Shown in pieces: positions 49,747 to 58,525 of a stretch of 64,000 nucleotides of DNA. The notes under the pieces are model-generated. The model did no database searches, was not told the origin of the DNA, and worked only from the letters and a program-made list of their open reading frames with translations. Every line of letters starts with the position of its first letter. Position 1 is the stretch's first letter. Made by a program: the position numbers and the translations under genes. This DNA comes from Spirochaetaceae bacterium (GTDB lineage Bacteria > Spirochaetota > Spirochaetia > DSM-2461): the NCBI GenBank assembly GCA_051531975.1, contig JAOPTT010000010.1, positions 1-64,000 on the forward strand. Direction: 5' to 3'.

Positions 49747-50109
49747 TTGAATCTTGAAGTTAAATTTGAGGATAAAATCATATTTTCCCATAATGGCAAG
49801 TGGTTACATCCACTCTTTGCCTTAGAAGATTTTTTATCTACTAATGAATATTTACCTAGTGACCTTCTGTTAACAGATAAAATTATAGGAAGAGGTGCTG
49901 CTGTTTTAATTAGTAAGATGATGATAAAAAACATACATGCAAAACTATTAAGTAGAAGAGCAATCGGGGTATTAGATTCAAATAATATTAAATATACATA
50001 TGACGAAATCATTGATTCAATAAAGTGTATTACTGAAACTATTTTAACCGATGATAAAACCCTGGATAAATGTTACCAAGAACTAAAAATACGAGCAGGA
50101 AGAGATTAG
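49747..50109 (+). CDS. DUF1893 (TM1506-like) deaminase-fold protein
   Basis: G..LHPLF, DKIIGRGAA, SRRA..VL, C-terminal CxxE; start uncertain (TTG). Confidence 0.7.
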   Translation: MNLEVKFEDKIIFSHNGKWLHPLFALEDFLSTNEYLPSDLLLTDKIIGRGAAVLISKMMIKNIHAKLLSRRAIGVLDSNNIKYTYDEIIDSIKCITETILTDDKTLDKCYQELKIRAGRD

Positions 50110-50738
50110 TGGATCCACTGTTAGATATAAAAGACCTCTGTGTAAAAAGAGATAGAATTACAGTATTAGAAAACCTAAATTTCTCAGTAAACTTTGGTGA
50201 TGGAGTTGTTATTAATGGAATTAATGGATCTGGGAAAACAACTCTACTAAAAACTATTGCAGGATTACTTCCTTACAGTAGCGGTGAGATAAACAGAAAC
50301 AGTACAATTGGTTATGTTCCCCAAGAGGAGAACCATACAACATTTCCAGTTTCTGTTTGGGAAATGACAGAAATAGGAACAGCAGGTTTAAAATTAACTA
50401 AAGAACAACGAAAAAATAAGATAAATAAAGCTCTTCTAGATTGTAATTGTGATCATCTACAACAAAGGTCTTATTACAATTTATCAGGTGGTGAAAAAAG
50501 ACGGGTATCTTTAGCTAGATGTTTAGCACAAGGCGCTGAATTGTTACTTCTCGATGAGCCATTAACATTTTTAGATTCTAATAGTAGAAAGGATTTTATA
50601 AATGTTTTAGATCAGATACGAACTTTATATAATATAACAATAATAATGGTAACACATACAGATAATAGTATAATCAACTCCAGTTGGAAGAGATTTAATA
50701 TTGAAAATAAGATAATAAATGAGGTGCTTACATGTTAG
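50109..50738 (+). CDS. Metal (Zn/Mn-type) ABC transporter ATP-binding protein
   Basis: GINGSGKTT, IGYVPQ, LSGGEKRR, LLDEP; GTG overlapping the upstream TAG. Confidence 0.85.
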   Translation: MDPLLDIKDLCVKRDRITVLENLNFSVNFGDGVVINGINGSGKTTLLKTIAGLLPYSSGEINRNSTIGYVPQEENHTTFPVSVWEMTEIGTAGLKLTKEQRKNKINKALLDCNCDHLQQRSYYNLSGGEKRRVSLARCLAQGAELLLLDEPLTFLDSNSRKDFINVLDQIRTLYNITIIMVTHTDNSIINSSWKRFNIENKIINEVLTC

Positions 50739-51544
50739 AAACACTTCTCTACCCTCCTGTTTTTAGAGGCCTAATATCTCTAATAATTGCAGGTATATCC
50801 TTTCCATTAACCGGTGTATTTATACTTAGGTTAAACTTAATAAATATCCGATTTATGTTAATGCATGGTGTAATGTTAGCAGGTGCAGTAGCACTATCCT
50901 TTTCATATAACCCACTACTTACCGCTATAATAATAAATATTTTTTTAGTTCTTCTAATTACTTTTATGTCTAGGCGATCAACAATACCTATGGGAACTTT
51001 AACTACCTTTTTTATGGTTTTATCTATAGGAATTGCTACAATTTTAATATATAAAAGTAAGGTCTTAGTACAAGATACAATGAGTCTATTATGGGGTTCT
51101 ATTTTTGCATTAACAGATTATGATGTAATCTTTTTACTTCTATTTTCCTTATCTACAATTCTGTTTGTAATATTAAAACATAGAGAATTAACAGCTGTTC
51201 TAATAGATTCTGAAATTGCAAAAACAACTGGTATAAAAGAGCAATTGTATTTTTATACTATAATGATTATTATAGGTCTCACTGTAGCATTTGCTATGAG
51301 ATTAATTGGTGCACTACTATTAGATGCCTTAATTCTTTTACCAGCGATGACAGCAATATTTTTGGCAAAAAGTATTAAAAAAATGTTTATAACAGCATCA
51401 GTTTTAGGTCTTTTATACAGTATAACAGGCTTTTTTTTATCACTAATTATAGATATTCCAGTAAGTTCAGGTGTAATACTGATTGCTGGATTAGTTTTTG
51501 GAATAACATACATCACGAGGTATATACATGAAAAACAAATTTAG
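50732..51544 (+). CDS. Metal ABC transporter permease (ZnuB/ABC-3 type)
   Basis: HGVMLAG, LLWGSIFA, D.E.A...G, GALLL.ALILLPA. Confidence 0.85.
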   Translation: MLETLLYPPVFRGLISLIIAGISFPLTGVFILRLNLINIRFMLMHGVMLAGAVALSFSYNPLLTAIIINIFLVLLITFMSRRSTIPMGTLTTFFMVLSIGIATILIYKSKVLVQDTMSLLWGSIFALTDYDVIFLLLFSLSTILFVILKHRELTAVLIDSEIAKTTGIKEQLYFYTIMIIIGLTVAFAMRLIGALLLDALILLPAMTAIFLAKSIKKMFITASVLGLLYSITGFFLSLIIDIPVSSGVILIAGLVFGITYITRYIHEKQI

Positions 51545-52268
51545 TTTATTAATATTTTTAATAGTTAGCGTTTCTTTATTTTCAGAAACACAGTCAGTAA
51601 TTACAACTACAAGTTGGACAGCAGCTTTCGCAAAACTTGCAGGTGCAGAAAATATTACAATGTTAGCACCAATGGATATGAAACATCCCCCAGAGCATGA
51701 AGTAACAATTAAAGAGTTACAGATGATTAAAGATGCAGATTATATGGTATTTGCTGGATATGAAGCTATGGTTCCTAGAGTAAAACAGTCCTTAGGTAAA
51801 AGCTCAAATGTAAAACTTATACAAATTAAAACTTTTAATGATTTTAAAACTATAGAAGAGTCTGTATTAAAAATAGCTGATGAAATTGGAACTATGGATA
51901 TAGCTCTAAAAAACCTAAAAGCTGTAAAAGCTTTTTTTGATAGCTGGAAAAATGAGCTAAAAGGGAAAGACTTAACTAATATTCCTGTTCACTTCCATCA
52001 ACAAAAATTATTAAGAAGTTTAGGTATTAAACCATCTATGGTATATGGTCCCGCTCCCCCATCTTTAGGTGAAATTAAAAAATCCTTAGAACTAAAACCA
52101 TTAATTATTATAGATAATATTCATAATAAGAAAGCTGGAGTTTTTATGGAACAAAAACCAACTCCTACTATTATTAGTTGGATTAATTTCCCAGGTATTA
52201 AAGGAACAGAAAGTTTATTAGATGTTTTAACTTATAATAAAAATGAGTTAACTAAGGTATTAAAATAG
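51528..52268 (+). CDS. Metal ABC transporter substrate-binding protein (divergent ZnuA/TroA-like)
   Basis: Signal peptide, VITTTS, HPPEHE...ADYMVFAGYE, HFH; operon context. Confidence 0.7.
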   Translation: MKNKFSLLIFLIVSVSLFSETQSVITTTSWTAAFAKLAGAENITMLAPMDMKHPPEHEVTIKELQMIKDADYMVFAGYEAMVPRVKQSLGKSSNVKLIQIKTFNDFKTIEESVLKIADEIGTMDIALKNLKAVKAFFDSWKNELKGKDLTNIPVHFHQQKLLRSLGIKPSMVYGPAPPSLGEIKKSLELKPLIIIDNIHNKKAGVFMEQKPTPTIISWINFPGIKGTESLLDVLTYNKNELTKVLK

Positions 52269-52912
52269 TGAAAATTAAAAAATATAAGACTTACCTATTT
52301 GATGTAGATGGAACATTATTAGATACAAACGAGTTAATCTACCAGAGCTTTAAAAATAGTTGTAAGTTTCTTGGAAATATAGATATAAGTAGAGAAGAAG
52401 TAAATAAACATATAGGTATACCCTTAAAAACCCAACTAGATCTCTACTTAGGTGAATCCACTGAGGAAGAGTATGCCAATATTTATAAAATACATTCTGA
52501 GTACCAAAAAACTATTTATAAAGATACTTTAAAAGCATTTCCTGGAGTTATAGAAGGACTTAAAGTCTTAAAAGACAGAGGTGTACAAGTTGCAATTGTA
52601 TCTTCTAGAACAAGACCATCCCTTGATAGATATTTAAAGTTTATAGGGATATACGATCTGTTTACTGTATTCTCAACCCCGGAAGTAACGGTTAACCATA
52701 AACCTCATCCTGACCCAGTGTTATGGGCTTTAGAACAACTAGGTGCAGACAAAGAGTTTACTATTTTTATAGGTGATGCAACTTTTGATATAGAGAGTGG
52801 AAATGCAGCTGGTGTTGATACAGCATTTGTAGATTGGGGTCATAATAGTTTAAGTGATATACAGGTAAAACCTACATATCACTTAAAAACATTTTCTGAC
52901 CTATTAGATTAG
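52268..52912 (+). CDS. HAD hydrolase, PpaX/phosphoglycolate phosphatase-like
   Basis: FDVDGTLLDT, VSS, HKPHPDP, IGDATFDIESG..AG. Confidence 0.85.
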   Translation: MKIKKYKTYLFDVDGTLLDTNELIYQSFKNSCKFLGNIDISREEVNKHIGIPLKTQLDLYLGESTEEEYANIYKIHSEYQKTIYKDTLKAFPGVIEGLKVLKDRGVQVAIVSSRTRPSLDRYLKFIGIYDLFTVFSTPEVTVNHKPHPDPVLWALEQLGADKEFTIFIGDATFDIESGNAAGVDTAFVDWGHNSLSDIQVKPTYHLKTFSDLLD

Positions 52913-55111
52913 ATTATTGTCTAATAAATATACACTATATTCATGGTCAACTTTAGCTATATGCTCAATTAACCAAGTTACAACCTTATCTTGAATATCC
53001 AATAAAATTAGAGCTTTAGAATCACCATTTATTATCTTCTGTTGAATTTGTTTAAAATCTTCTTCGTAGATATGGTGTAATTTTTTATGTTGTTCTAATT
53101 TAGGATATTTAAATTTCTCTAACATTTTCTCTTCGTTTCTAAAGTGAACATTAATATAATCGCCAATATAGTTACTAATTTCTAACAAATCGTATGACTT
53201 ATCTTTATCTAACATTGCAACTAATAAAGCGTTAATCCTCTTAAACAGTTCTTTGTGTTCATCATCAATATCATCTATTTTAACCGATAACAGATCAGAC
53301 CAATCTATTTCAGCGGTTACGACCTTAGATGTATCAGTCTTAACACCTGTTTCGAATTTTTCAACTTCTAAAGTTAATAGGCTATTATTATATTTATTTT
53401 GGTTACCAAAAGCAGAAACCATTAAAGATATAGAGCTTAACTCTTCGGATAATACTGAAACATTCTCTATTACTTTAGTAGTTTTGTCTGTAGCACTTAC
53501 AACCTTTACAATTGACTCTTCAATAGTTGATGCACCAATTTCAAGATTAGTTGTAGACTCTTTTACCAAATTACTAGTTTGAACTAAAGTTGATACAGTG
53601 GTTAATATTTCATTACTAGCTATGGATAGTTCATTCATAGACAAAGAGACTTCTTTTAAAGCAGATGAAAACTGGTCAACTTCTCCTCTTATAATTGTAA
53701 ATGCTTTTTGACTATCAGAACCAGCTTCAGAAGCTAAAAAGATTTTATCTCTAGTCTCTCCTAGGCTTTCACCTATTCTAGCAGCATTAGTTCTAGTCTC
53801 TTCAGCAAGTTTTCGAATCTCATGGGCAACTACTGAGAATCCTTTTCCTGCTTCCCCTGCATGAGCTGCCTCAATTGATGCGTTCATTGCTAATAGGTTT
53901 GTCTGTGATGCTATATTATTAATAATATCAACCATACTCATCATATCTTCTGCTTTAGCTAAAATCTCTTTAATAAAGTTACTTGTATTTTCAACTTTAT
54001 TACCACCAGTATTTATTAAGTTAACTAAATTTTCCATTGTTGATAATCTATTTTCACTAATCTTTGCAACACTATCTACGGATCCCATAATCTCTTCCGT
54101 AGCAGCACTAGATTGTTCAATTGCTGTTAATTGAGTCTCAACAACCTGGGTTAAATTATTTACAACAAATGAAATGTTTTCCACAGAATCTGTTGTATCT
54201 TTAACAGCTGTTAAAAGTTCTTGGTTCCCATTTTCTAAATCTGTAATTTCATTGTTTATATTTTCTATAGCATTTGTACTATCTCTAGATGATCTACTTA
54301 GATGTTGACTAAGTATATTATTTTTATGAACTATTTCCGACATATTAACTATAACTAAACGTACTCTCTCTACAAATAAATTATACCATTTAGATAATTC
54401 CTTTATTTCATCATCGTTTTTAACAACTAGCTCCTTAGTTAGGTCTGCATCTTTTGAGGATAATGATTTAAGCTGATTAACTGTATCTCTTAAAGGATTA
54501 ACAACTTGTAAAGAAATAATGAAATTAAGTGTAAATACAATTATTGATAAAATAATACCTACTATTAATAATAACATTCTAGTTCCAGCTATATGCTTTA
54601 AATTTTCATTGTATAAACTTTCCCTTAATTTTATTATAGGACCACTTAATTCCTCTAAATCTTTAAATAATGTTGCTCCTGACAGATCAAATTTACCCAT
54701 CTGATTGTCACCAAGTAATTTAGAACTTCCGTAGTCTTTAAACATTTTGTTCCCAACATCCCAAAAGCTATCTAAATCACGGCTAAAGGATTCAATAATA
54801 TTTATTGAATCTGGAACTAGTTTTTCAAGTTCAGCTAAAAGATTATTTGCACTATTTCTCGCAGATTTAGCTTCAGATGTAATTACGGATGAATCTTGGG
54901 TTAAACTAGCATCTGTTAAAAATTGCCAGATATTTATAACTTCAATCTGTAGATCTTTTAAAAGAATACGCTCTTTATTGGCTAATTCTAGTTCCTGATT
55001 TAAAGATGAGCTATTTGAAAAACTTATATTTGTTATCATTACAAATATAAATACTGTTAACGAAATAAAAATGGTACTAAGTAGTAACTTTGTTTTTATA
55101 TTAATTCTCAT
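52904..55111 (-). CDS. Methyl-accepting chemotaxis protein with C-terminal hemerythrin (DcrH-like O2 sensor)
   Basis: 2 [23 protein letters not shown]-terminal WSD.LSV..IDDEH, HFRNEE, HKKLH, WLIEHI..D. Confidence 0.92.
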   Translation of the reverse strand: MRINIKTKLLLSTIFISLTVFIFVMITNISFSNSSSLNQELELANKERILLKDLQIEVINIWQFLTDASLTQDSSVITSEAKSARNSANNLLAELEKLVPDSINIIESFSRDLDSFWDVGNKMFKDYGSSKLLGDNQMGKFDLSGATLFKDLEELSGPIIKLRESLYNENLKHIAGTRMLLLIVGIILSIIVFTLNFIISLQVVNPLRDTVNQLKSLSSKDADLTKELVVKNDDEIKELSKWYNLFVERVRLVIVNMSEIVHKNNILSQHLSRSSRDSTNAIENINNEITDLENGNQELLTAVKDTTDSVENISFVVNNLTQVVETQLTAIEQSSAATEEIMGSVDSVAKISENRLSTMENLVNLINTGGNKVENTSNFIKEILAKAEDMMSMVDIINNIASQTNLLAMNASIEAAHAGEAGKGFSVVAHEIRKLAEETRTNAARIGESLGETRDKIFLASEAGSDSQKAFTIIRGEVDQFSSALKEVSLSMNELSIASNEILTTVSTLVQTSNLVKESTTNLEIGASTIEESIVKVVSATDKTTKVIENVSVLSEELSSISLMVSAFGNQNKYNNSLLTLEVEKFETGVKTDTSKVVTAEIDWSDLLSVKIDDIDDEHKELFKRINALLVAMLDKDKSYDLLEISNYIGDYINVHFRNEEKMLEKFKYPKLEQHKKLHHIYEEDFKQIQQKIINGDSKALILLDIQDKVVTWLIEHIAKVDHEYSVYLLDNNLI

Positions 55112-55176
55112 AAATATAAGTATAGGTTCAATTTTTGTAATATTCCACAGACAAATGATTATCTTTTATTCTTTTT

Positions 55177-55224
55177 TGATAATTATTACTATTATACTTA
55201 ACATCTTAATAGTAATAATTACTA
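55177..55224. promoter_or_regulatory. Two Fur/PerR-like 7-1-7 boxes between divergent hemerythrin-MCP and tpx
   Basis: TGATAAT-T-ATTACTA (55177-55191) and perfect TAGTAAT-A-ATTACTA (55210-55224). Confidence 0.55.
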
Positions 55225-55281
55225 TATACATTATTTTAAAATTATATTATCGTGAATTATTAAATAAACAAGGAGTCAATA

Positions 55282-55779
55282 ATGGCAAATATAACATTAG
55301 AAGGTAATAAAATAGAAACAGTTGGAGATCTTCCTGCAGTAGGAACTAAAGCACCAGATTTTAAATTAGTGCAACAAGATTTATCGGATACAACTTTAGC
55401 AGATTATAAAGGGAAAAAAGTAGTATTAAATATTTTTCCATCTTTAGATACTGGTACATGTGCTGCTTCAGTTAGAGCTTTTAACAAAAAAGCGGCTGAG
55501 TTAGAAAATACAGTTATTTTATGTGTTTCTGCAGACTTACCTTTTGCAGCTGGTAGATTTTGTGTTGCTGAAGGAATTGATAACGTAAAAACAGCTTCAA
55601 GCTTTAGAAACCCAGAATTTGGAACAGCTTATGGTAATAGCTATAAAACAGGTCCTTTAGTAGGACTACTTGCTAGATCTGTTGTTGTTATAGATACCCA
55701 TGGTACAGTTAAATATACTGAGTTAGTTACGGAGACTGTTGATGAACCTAACTATGAAGCTGCTTTAAAAGCTCTATAG
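55282..55779 (+). CDS. tpx: Thiol peroxidase
   Basis: APDF.L, NIFPSLDTGTCA.SVR.FN, SADLPFA..RFC, GLLARSVVV, EPNY. Confidence 0.95.
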   Translation: MANITLEGNKIETVGDLPAVGTKAPDFKLVQQDLSDTTLADYKGKKVVLNIFPSLDTGTCAASVRAFNKKAAELENTVILCVSADLPFAAGRFCVAEGIDNVKTASSFRNPEFGTAYGNSYKTGPLVGLLARSVVVIDTHGTVKYTELVTETVDEPNYEAALKAL

Positions 55780-55858
55780 TCTAATTTAATTCATCTCAAT
55801 TTAATTATTGATTTAGTAATATTAATACTACATTATTTATATATTTATTTTGAGATGA

Positions 55859-55890
55859 ATAGTTAGGGGCGCACCCCTAACTATTTTTAT
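55859..55890. terminator. Hairpin terminator between convergent tpx and pspC
   Basis: ATAGTTAGGGG-CGCA-CCCCTAACTAT then TTTT. Confidence 0.75.
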
Positions 55891-56239
55891 AACGTTTATC
55901 CCAATCACTCTCTTTATCAAACATAGTGTCTTCCATGTTTTTCATTCGTGACCGTAGATTTGAAAACTCATCTTTAACATCATCTACTGTAAAACCTTGT
56001 TTTTTATATGATCTATTACATCTGGTTCTATGATAAGTTGACTCATCACTGTCATCAACAGGTAGAAATATACCCATAACTATATATGCAATACAGAATG
56101 TCCCTCCTGTCATAAATGCTACAATAATAAATCCTAATCGGACTAAACTTACATCCATTTTTAACCAGTTTGCTAAACCTTTACAAACCCCCATGATCTT
56201 ACCACTACCTGATCTATATAACTTTCCTTTTCCCATCAT
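55877..56239 (-). CDS. pspC: Phage shock protein C domain protein
   Basis: KLYRS...IMGVCKGLA.W...LVRL..., AYIVM...P; C-terminal coiled coil; SD AGGAGA. Confidence 0.85.
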   Translation of the reverse strand: MMGKGKLYRSGSGKIMGVCKGLANWLKMDVSLVRLGFIIVAFMTGGTFCIAYIVMGIFLPVDDSDESTYHRTRCNRSYKKQGFTVDDVKDEFSNLRSRMKNMEDTMFDKESDWDKRYKNS

Positions 56240-56289
56240 AGAATCTCCTATAAACATTATTTCTTTACTTTTTTAATTTATTTAACTAC

Positions 56290-56946
56290 TTATTTTTTAC
56301 TTGAACTTAACTTACTTTTTAAAGATTTTAGCTCTTCATCTATTTTAGTATCAGACTCTAAATCTTGAAATTTCATGTCAGCTGTTGGTGCAAAAATTTC
56401 AGCTTCTGCTTCCATTCTTTCAACTTTTGATTCAAATCTTGAGAATTTTTCTAAAGCTTCAGTCCCATAAGATCTGGTAACAACACTGTTTACTGTTTGT
56501 TTTTTCTCTGCTCTTTGTGCTCTAGATAGTAGATCTTTCTTCTTTGTAAGAGTTTCAGTTAATTTCTCTTGTAATATAAGAATCTGCTCTTTACCAAGTT
56601 CAACATCAGTAGAAATTCTTTCTAAATCTTTATCTATCTCTTCTAACTTAGAAACTGCAGATGCTTTTTCTTTTAAAGCTTCTTTTGCTAAATCATCTTT
56701 GTTATCTTTTACTGATAATTCTGCTCTCTCTGTCCATCTAGTCACTACTTTTTTTAACTCTTCTGACTGTCTTGCCAATAATTTACTTTTAGTAACCTTA
56801 TCTGCTTGGCTAAATTTAAGATCAGAAACTGATTCTTCTAATTCTCTTATTATCTGATTAATCATAACTTCAGGATTTTCAGCCCTATCTAACATCGCAT
56901 TAACATTGGCATCATATATACCCTTAACTCTTTTTAAAATTCCCAT
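56290..56946 (-). CDS. pspA: Phage shock protein A (PspA/IM30)
   Basis: MGILKR...ANVNAMLDRAENPE.M..Q.I.E, W.ERAEL...DDLAKEAL, F.RFE.KVERMEAEAE. Confidence 0.92.
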   Translation of the reverse strand: MGILKRVKGIYDANVNAMLDRAENPEVMINQIIRELEESVSDLKFSQADKVTKSKLLARQSEELKKVVTRWTERAELSVKDNKDDLAKEALKEKASAVSKLEEIDKDLERISTDVELGKEQILILQEKLTETLTKKKDLLSRAQRAEKKQTVNSVVTRSYGTEALEKFSRFESKVERMEAEAEIFAPTADMKFQDLESDTKIDEELKSLKSKLSSSKK

Positions 56947-56980
56947 TTTGTCCTCCGTAATATATTGTTACTAACAGTAT

Positions 56981-56997
56981 TGCAAAAGGTGTGCCAA
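56981..56997 (-). promoter_or_regulatory. sigma54 (-24/-12) promoter of pspAC
   Basis: Minus strand TTGGCAC-ACCTT-TTGCA matches TGGCAC-N5-TTGCW. Confidence 0.9.
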
Positions 56998-57048
56998 CTT
57001 TTTTACTTAGTAAATTTATGCTTAGAAACACTTATTGCTAATTCTTTC

Positions 57049-57083
57049 AGGTATATTTAACCACAGCATGGTATTAAATACCA
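57049..57083. promoter_or_regulatory. Candidate tandem upstream activator sequences for a sigma54 activator (PspF-like)
   Basis: AGGTATATTTAACCA (57049-57063) and palindrome TGGTATTAAATACCA (57069-57083), 20 bp apart. Confidence 0.55.
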
Positions 57084-57139
57084 AAATAATATTTTTGTTA
57101 ACTATTGTTTACTTATTTAAGAGAATATAAAATGGAAAC

Positions 57140-58480
57140 ATGGATACTCTACAGAAAATAATAGATACTTTTTTTGAATTTCAAGCATATGTAATGTTAC
57201 CAATTTTTATTATTATTATTGGTTTAATAATTAGAATGAAAATATCTGATCTACTTAACTCAGCTTTAAAACTTGGAACTGGTTTTGCCGGTATTTTTAT
57301 AGTTTTTTCCTTTTTTGTAGATAATATAAGACCCGCTGTGGAAATGTTAATGACTAATAGAGGACTAGACTATCCAGTATTAGATGTGGGTTGGCCTCCA
57401 TTAGCTGCAATAACTTGGAGTTCATCTATAGCTCCCCTATCTCTTCCATTTATAATGTTAATAAATGTTATAATGATCGCAACCAAAACAACTAAAACTA
57501 TTTATATTGATATATGGAACTACTGGCACATGGCACTGATTGGAGCGCTACTGTTAAGTGTATCAAATAACTATATTATAGCTTTCTCTGCAATTGCTAT
57601 GTTAACAGTATATGCTATTAAAAATGCAGATTGGGCAGCTCCTTATGTAAAAAGAGAGATGGGTTTAGAAGGTGTAACAATTGCACCAATTTCTGTTATA
57701 GGACTTTTACCTTTTGCTGAGTTTATGGATAGTTTATATGATAAAATCCCAATTGTTAAAAACTGGCATTTTAATCCACACACTACAGAATCTAAATTAA
57801 GGCATTTTACTGAACCAACTGTTATGGGATTTTTAATAGGCTCCATTTTAGGTATTTCAGCTGGTTACTCTTTAAAAGATATATTAGAACTTGGTATCCA
57901 TATTGGTGCTGTTATGTTTCTTTTACCAAAATGTGGTGAATTAATTGGTATTGGTATAGCTCCGGTTTCTGAAACTATGAAAGAGAAAATTCATAAATGG
58001 TTTCCTGGTAGATCAGAACTATATGTTGCTGTTGATACTGGAATATTAATGAATAATAAGTCAGTTATGATATCAGGACTAATATTAATGCCTATAGCAC
58101 TTTTGGTTGCATTAATTTTACCTGGTAATAGAACTTTACCATTAGGGGATCTTCCAAACCTAATATCAGTAATATCAGTAACAGTATTAATTAGTAGAGG
58201 AAATGTAATTAGAAGTGTTCTTACCGGTATTCCAATTGTTATTACCTTCCTTTTAATTGCAAGTAATATGTCAGAACTATTCACAGACTTATCCATACAA
58301 GCTGGAATGTCTTTTGGTGAAGGGCAACTTATAACAGCTTTCACAGATGGTGGACACCATGCACGGTTTTACCTGTTTTACCTATTCCAAGGAAATATTT
58401 TAGCTTTAATAACTATACCTGTAATTGGATTATTACTATTTTTATCCCATAGGAGACATAAGAAGAATATGGAACTATAA
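57140..58480 (+). CDS. PTS galactitol-family EIIC-like permease (stand-alone)
   Basis: MLPI, DVGWP..AAI.W, T..IDIWNYWH, ILPGN..LP.GDL. Confidence 0.82.
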   Translation: MDTLQKIIDTFFEFQAYVMLPIFIIIIGLIIRMKISDLLNSALKLGTGFAGIFIVFSFFVDNIRPAVEMLMTNRGLDYPVLDVGWPPLAAITWSSSIAPLSLPFIMLINVIMIATKTTKTIYIDIWNYWHMALIGALLLSVSNNYIIAFSAIAMLTVYAIKNADWAAPYVKREMGLEGVTIAPISVIGLLPFAEFMDSLYDKIPIVKNWHFNPHTTESKLRHFTEPTVMGFLIGSILGISAGYSLKDILELGIHIGAVMFLLPKCGELIGIGIAPVSETMKEKIHKWFPGRSELYVAVDTGILMNNKSVMISGLILMPIALLVALILPGNRTLPLGDLPNLISVISVTVLISRGNVIRSVLTGIPIVITFLLIASNMSELFTDLSIQAGMSFGEGQLITAFTDGGHHARFYLFYLFQGNILALITIPVIGLLLFLSHRRHKKNMEL

Positions 58481-58525
58481 ATAAGTCTAATTGATTATAT
58501 TTTTAATTTGAAAGATAATGTCTTT

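Noticed and set aside
55071..55307. 78-aa hydrophobic ORF
   Set aside because: An Ile-rich product of AT-rich regulatory DNA overlapping both flanking genes; no SD.
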